Positions 59,593-64,000 of a stretch of 64,000 nucleotides of DNA are shown here, in pieces. The position numbers and the translations under genes are program-made. The stretch comes from Nostoc sp. GTDB taxonomy: Bacteria > Cyanobacteriota > Cyanobacteriia > Cyanobacteriales > Nostocaceae. The DNA lies in the NCBI GenBank assembly GCA_036918135.1, contig JBALDB010000060.1, forward strand, positions 2,045 through 66,044, written 5' to 3'. Under the pieces are notes generated by a model. That model was given only the letters and a program-made list of their open reading frames with translations. It did not search any database and was not told the DNA's origin. The stretch's first letter is position 1; the number at the start of each line of letters is the position of its first letter.

Positions 59593-60900
59593 ATGGTCAA
59601 AGTTCAGATAGCTATCAGAAAAGTTTTATGGAAAACTGATTTCCTATTTCCAGCCGCGATATGGCTTGCCAGTCGAATATTGATTTGGATAGCTATGTTG
59701 TTAGTTGCGCCAAGGCTACCGTTACCAGCAGAAGCATTTGTGCCCCGTTTTGGCTGGGAGGTTTTTGATGCATGGGATAGTATGCATTACCGAGCGATCG
59801 CTACTTCTGGTTATGAATTTATCAATGATGGTAACCAACATAATTTAGCCTTTTTTCCGCTGTTTCCCTTAAGTATTTGGGTTTTAATGAAGCTGGGTTT
59901 GCCGTTTGAATTAGCGGGCACTTTGCTAAACAACCTGGCATTTTTTGCAGCCGTTTACTGTGTGTATTTTTGGAGCAAAGAGCATTATGGCAACAATGTT
60001 GCCCAGTGGGTAAGTGCTGTGGTTTGTTGCTATCCATCGTCTATGTTCGCGGCAGTGATTTACACAGAGGGACTGTATTTGTTTTTAAGTACGGCGGCTT
60101 TGCGGGCTTTCGATAGCAAGCAATATCGCTGGACTGCGCTTTGGGGTGCAATGGCGACAGCAACACGTCCCACAGGTATGGCACTAATTTTGGCGTTGGC
60201 GATCGCAGCTTGGAAAGAACGCAGACCACCTATTGCTTATATTGCTAGCTTTGCTACCGCTATTGGTATACTTCTATTCAGTTTGTATTGTGCAATTTAT
60301 TTTGGTAATCCTTTAGCTTTTATCCAAGCACAACGGGGATGGCGACCTTCTTTTGGGTTTGATTGGCAAGGTTGGCTAAACATGCTGATGCAAATTGTAG
60401 TTGGTACCAACAATTGGCAATTTGGTTGGGTGCAAAACCCATCTGGCGGTATTCAAGACCCTTGGTATCTTTTGTTGGTGGCTGTAATTGTTGGTGGTGG
60501 CTATTTTTTATGGCGCTTCCAGAAATATTCTATTTCTGGGAAATTAGCTTATGGCTTTTATACTTTAGTTGTATTTTTATTAATCCTGGCAAGTGACCAG
60601 TGGATAAATAACTTGCTGAACGTAGCTATGGTCTTAGGTGGTGGCTTTGTGTTGTGGCGCGAACAAAAGCAACTCACCCCAGTTACAGTTATCTATGGCT
60701 TTTGTGGTATTGGTTTGCTGTTAGCCTCTGGGGGAACAATTTCCCTGAGCCGTCTAGCTTATGGAATTGTACCTTTAAATATAGCTATTGGTGTGCTACT
60801 ATCTCGCCACCCTCGTCAAGGATATTTTATACTCGGCTTGTTTGCAACATTATTGGTCAAAATAGCTGTAGGATTTGCCCAAGAGCATTGGGTTGGTTAA
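59593..60900 (+). CDS. PIG-V/Mannosyl_trans2-like GT-C glycosyltransferase
   Basis: WDSMHYRAIATSGY, LAFFPLFP, YTEGLYL, ATRPTG, FIQAQRGW motifs; many TMs. Confidence 0.88.
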   Translation: MVKVQIAIRKVLWKTDFLFPAAIWLASRILIWIAMLLVAPRLPLPAEAFVPRFGWEVFDAWDSMHYRAIATSGYEFINDGNQHNLAFFPLFPLSIWVLMKLGLPFELAGTLLNNLAFFAAVYCVYFWSKEHYGNNVAQWVSAVVCCYPSSMFAAVIYTEGLYLFLSTAALRAFDSKQYRWTALWGAMATATRPTGMALILALAIAAWKERRPPIAYIASFATAIGILLFSLYCAIYFGNPLAFIQAQRGWRPSFGFDWQGWLNMLMQIVVGTNNWQFGWVQNPSGGIQDPWYLLLVAVIVGGGYFLWRFQKYSISGKLAYGFYTLVVFLLILASDQWINNLLNVAMVLGGGFVLWREQKQLTPVTVIYGFCGIGLLLASGGTISLSRLAYGIVPLNIAIGVLLSRHPRQGYFILGLFATLLVKIAVGFAQEHWVG

Positions 60901-60975
60901 TGGATGTTAAAGGCATTAAAGATTGGGTAGAGCGGAAAAATTTGTCATCAATTTAATTTAACTTTGCTAAAAATT

Positions 60976-61938
60976 ATGACGACAAAACAGGCATTCCTAC
61001 AGCAATTCTCCTCAACACCAGCTTTAGTAGGAATTTTGTCATTATTTTTTGCCCTAATTCCCATATCTTTAGCGCCATCTCTAACCAAATTATGTCAACT
61101 AGAAATTGGTGCAAATGCTGTTGTATTTCATCGTAGTTGGATTGCGACAGTTGTCTTTGGTGTATGGAATGGACTTGAGGCTTTCCGCTACCAACAGTCC
61201 GATAACCAACCAATCGAACATAAGTCTTTGACCAAACAAGAAATATGGCTGTTGTTAGCAATGGGAACTGCTGCTGCAACCTATTTGCTGTTGTGGGCTT
61301 GGTCTCTGAGTCAAACTAACGTTGCTAACGTAGCTTTGTTGTCTAATTTGAATTCTTTATTTGTAGCTTTGGCTGGGTATCTGTTATTTGGTCAGCGTTT
61401 CGATTATAGATTTGTTATTGGTTTGACGATCGCTTTGGGAGGAGCGATCGCATTTGAAATCAATAAGGTGCAATTTGCCACCGACCAAATACTTGGTGAT
61501 GCCTTAGCATTTCTGACTGCGATTTTCATGGCAACTTGTATGTTGCTGATAGAAAGACTCCAGTCTCGATTTAGCACCGCAACTATAATGCTGTGGCGCT
61601 GTGGAATCACAACAATGTTCCTCCTACCCGTCCTGCCATTCCTCGAAGATAGACTACTCCCCTATTCGTGGATGGGTTGGTTTTTCATTATTTTTCAAGC
61701 CCTTTTCTGCCAAGTATTAGGTCAGGGACTTTTAGCTTACAGCCTCAGCCGAATTTCTTCAGGAGTTGTCGCCGTCACTCTTCTGGCCGAACCAGTTTTG
61801 GCTTCAATTTTTGCTTGGTTGATTTTTTCGGAACAGGTGGGCTTGTTTGACTGGATAACTTTTGCTGTAGTTTTAGTAGGTATTTATTTAGCCCAATCTA
61901 GTCAATCTATTGTCAAAGCGATGAACGAAGAATTATAG
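60976..61938 (+). CDS. DMT/EamA family transporter
   Basis: Ten TMs in two EamA repeats (VVFHRSWIA, SQTNVANVALL, ILGDALAFL, EPVLASIFAW). Confidence 0.92.
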   Translation: MTTKQAFLQQFSSTPALVGILSLFFALIPISLAPSLTKLCQLEIGANAVVFHRSWIATVVFGVWNGLEAFRYQQSDNQPIEHKSLTKQEIWLLLAMGTAAATYLLLWAWSLSQTNVANVALLSNLNSLFVALAGYLLFGQRFDYRFVIGLTIALGGAIAFEINKVQFATDQILGDALAFLTAIFMATCMLLIERLQSRFSTATIMLWRCGITTMFLLPVLPFLEDRLLPYSWMGWFFIIFQALFCQVLGQGLLAYSLSRISSGVVAVTLLAEPVLASIFAWLIFSEQVGLFDWITFAVVLVGIYLAQSSQSIVKAMNEEL

Positions 61939-61990
61939 CAGGAGGCAGGAGGCAGAACTATTACTATTCCTAGCATTCACGCTTGTCATT

Positions 61991-62059
61991 ATGTCATTGC
62001 GAGCGAAGCGAAGCAATCGCAAAGTCTCTGGGATTGCTTCGCTTCGCTCGCAATGACAT
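61991..62059. repeat. Perfect 28-bp-stem REP-like palindrome
   Basis: ATGTCATTGCGAGCGAAGCGAAGCAATC - 13-nt loop - GATTGCTTCGCTTCGCTCGCAATGACAT. Confidence 0.92.
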
Positions 62060-62102
62060 TTTAGATTTAATCATGTCTATCTACTTAATATTTTTTCATA
62101 GT

Positions 62103-63494
62103 ATGAGAAAAAAACTCAATCAACTTGGTAGTGTTGGTTGGATGATTGGCGTGAGTACGTTAATTTTATTTGCGTGTAGCAGCTTACGACACGAGTTGTT
62201 TCAATCAACCGCCTTGGATTTAGCAATTTTTGACCAAGCGATTTATTTAATTAGTCAAGGAGAACAACCTATTAGTTCTTTAATAGGTTTTCATATTCTC
62301 GGCGATCATGCTTCTTGGATCTTCTATCCCTTAGCTCTACTATACAAAATCTACCCCAGTGTTTACTGGTTATTTGTCGTACAGGCAACTGCTTTGGCAT
62401 TAGGCGCTTTGCCTACTTGGTATTTAGCTCGTCAAGCAAGCCTCAAAGAAAGTCAAGCAGTAGCGATCGCATTTGTATATCTTTTGTATCCGGTGGTGTT
62501 TAACGCTAATTTATTTGATTTTCACCCGGAAGTAATAGCTGTACCACTACTATTAACGGCGGTTTTAGCAGCAAGATCAGGTCAGTTGGGGTGGTTTTGT
62601 TTAAGTATTTTCCTAGTCTTGGGATGTAAAGAAATATTATCCCTCACCGTTGCTGCGATGGGAGTTTGGTTACTGTTGTTTGAAAAGCGACGTTTGTATG
62701 GTGCGATCGCTCTTTGTGCTGGGGTAGTCTGGTTTTTGATTGCTACTCAAGTAATTATTCCTTTTTTCAACAGTGCAGAAGCAACAGCAATGGAACGTTA
62801 CAGCTATTTGGGTAATTCAGTTCTAGACATTGCTAAAAATATAGTATTTCAGCCAGGACTTATCTTCGTAAAAGCTTTTTCGCTGGATAATTTAGTATAT
62901 TTGGTTCTGCTACTATCACCTGTAATTTGGGGGCTTTCCTTACAAGGAATAAAACCTTTGGTAGGAGCTATTCCTTGTTTGGCACTCAACATTCTAGCTG
63001 ATTACCAACCTCAAAAAGACTTGATATACCAGTACTCTCTACCAGCATTACCATTTCTGCTGTTAGCTGTAATTTCCAGTCTCGCCGCAGGTAAGGGATG
63101 GCTACAAAACAAACGAGCAATTATCCTCTGGTCATTGGTGGCATTTTTAAGTCTGGCAAAGTTTACATATTTTAGCGGTAGATATTTGGCATATATAGAT
63201 ACTTGGCAAGCAACAAAACAAGCGATCGCCCAAATTCAAACTCAAGGAAGCGTTTACACCACAGTAAAAATTGCTCCTCATTTAAGCCATCGAAAACTGA
63301 TTACTTTGACAAATGCCGATTCTCCACCTGTTAATTTAAATATTTTTGATTATATATTGCTCAATGTCCGTCACCCTGGCTGGTTAAGTAATCAGGAGTT
63401 TGCCATTAGCTTAGTCAATCAACTAAAAAACAATCAACAATTTAAGTTAAAATACCAGCGTGACGATGTATATTTATTCGTAAAACTCTCTTGA
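62103..63494 (+). CDS. DUF2079 family membrane protein (putative GT-C glycosyltransferase)
   Basis: DLAIFDQAIY, GDHASWI, FDFHPEVIAVP, CKEILSL, YQYSL motifs; start placed at ATG 62103 because the upstream extension is repeat-derived. Confidence 0.88.
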   Translation: MRKKLNQLGSVGWMIGVSTLILFACSSLRHELFQSTALDLAIFDQAIYLISQGEQPISSLIGFHILGDHASWIFYPLALLYKIYPSVYWLFVVQATALALGALPTWYLARQASLKESQAVAIAFVYLLYPVVFNANLFDFHPEVIAVPLLLTAVLAARSGQLGWFCLSIFLVLGCKEILSLTVAAMGVWLLLFEKRRLYGAIALCAGVVWFLIATQVIIPFFNSAEATAMERYSYLGNSVLDIAKNIVFQPGLIFVKAFSLDNLVYLVLLLSPVIWGLSLQGIKPLVGAIPCLALNILADYQPQKDLIYQYSLPALPFLLLAVISSLAAGKGWLQNKRAIILWSLVAFLSLAKFTYFSGRYLAYIDTWQATKQAIAQIQTQGSVYTTVKIAPHLSHRKLITLTNADSPPVNLNIFDYILLNVRHPGWLSNQEFAISLVNQLKNNQQFKLKYQRDDVYLFVKLS

Positions 63495-63496
63495 CA

Positions 63497-63568
63497 ATCG
63501 CTCAAAATCCCAGCGTCAATCATGCGGTGATATTCTTCAATCGTCCACTTCGCAACAATCAAGCTCAT
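63497..63568 (-). pseudogene. 5' remnant of a second Uma2 family gene
   Basis: SD AAGGA then MSLIVAKWTIEEYHRMIDAGILSD, matching the W..EYHRM..GI start of the intact Uma2 at 47563; homology stops and the frame runs antisense into the DUF2079 3' end. Confidence 0.8.
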
Positions 63569-63589
63569 GATAATTAATTCCTTAAAGTT

Positions 63590-64000
63590 TTAGGTACGCT
63601 TAGTTATCAACCAACCTATGCCAATAAAAAAGAATGTAGCTAAAATACTCAATATTAAAGATGCGTAAAAGGGATGAGGTGGATTGTTGGGAGATATGGT
63701 GGATAGGGGTTCGTTGATTTTTTCGATGTGTTGGACGATGACGCCGGAGATAATTGCACCGCCACCAAAGCCAATGCCTAATATTTGGATGGTATTGTTT
63801 AAAGAGCGATCGCGCTCAGTTTGTTCTGTTTCTACTATGCCTCGGATAGTATCAACCAATTGCCCAAACAATTCTTTACCTGGAATCAGATAGTTAATAT
63901 CTGTTTGTATTTGTTCTTGCCATTTCTTACAGTCTTTATTAAGAAAATCTTGCCAGGATTGAGGGCTATTCCCGCTATCAATACTTTGAATCTTCTCTAA
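63590..64000 (-). CDS. C-terminal part of a protein with a CorA-like two-TM tail (5' end outside window)
   Basis: Open frame to the window edge (LEKIQSID..QIQTDINYL..LVDTIRGIVETEQTERDRSLNNTIQILGIGFGGGAI..TM). Confidence 0.75.
   Translation of the reverse strand, partial: LEKIQSIDSGNSPQSWQDFLNKDCKKWQEQIQTDINYLIPGKELFGQLVDTIRGIVETEQTERDRSLNNTIQILGIGFGGGAIISGVIVQHIEKINEPLSTISPNNPPHPFYASLILSILATFFFIGIGWLITKRT

Larger units (their letters stand above)
3088..62467. repeat. HIP1 octamer GCGATCGC, dispersed in many copies
   Basis: Examples at 3088, 7571, 10681, 19596, 43359; present in coding and non-coding DNA throughout; not exhaustively counted. Confidence 0.95.

Noticed and set aside
61983-62102. 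40-aa N-terminal extension of the DUF2079 protein (MSLCHCERSEAI..)
   Set aside because: It is the translation of the REP-like palindrome; the family-like sequence starts near ATG 62103.
1-64000. CRISPR array or cas genes
   Set aside because: No 25-40-nt repeats separated by unique spacers. The tandem repeats seen are contiguous 7-mers or 12-mers, and no ORF has Cas motifs.

Overview
Chromosomal segment of a filamentous heterocyst-forming cyanobacterium (Nostocales, Nostoc-like). The evidence is abundant HIP1 octamers (GCGATCGC), heptameric STRR tracts, many small dispersed palindromic repeats, and cyanobacteria-specific genes (sasA, crr7, DUF2854, DUF3493, DUF1815, DUF2839). Core genes are the rimP-nusA-ylxR-infB operon, tRNA-Thr(CGT), sasA, ppk1, lysS and dxr. 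Signalling and envelope genes sit between them: two Ser/Thr kinases, a c-heme/HAMP receptor without an output domain, a REC-GGDEF cyclase, an orphan histidine kinase, SLH, PG-binding and PEP-CTERM proteins, a TPR-CHAT protease and two GT-C-like membrane proteins. I found no CRISPR array, rRNA, integrase or intact transposase. The strongest candidate for an undescribed system is an AT-rich locus at 32999-37402. It holds two tandem paralogous secreted small proteins ending in a shared IRAGAGxNGLGxL[D/E] tail, facing a 970-aa protein with a C-terminal outer-membrane beta-barrel, which suggests a surface-fibre or secretion module. Other notable items are the same ~30-nt dispersed repeat inserted in frame in two unrelated proteins, a decayed iron-uptake locus, gene truncations at or next to HIP1-like sites, a paired GGGTC-N12-GACCC palindrome and several nested repeat aggregates. 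All family assignments are from motif recognition by eye; no database searches were run.
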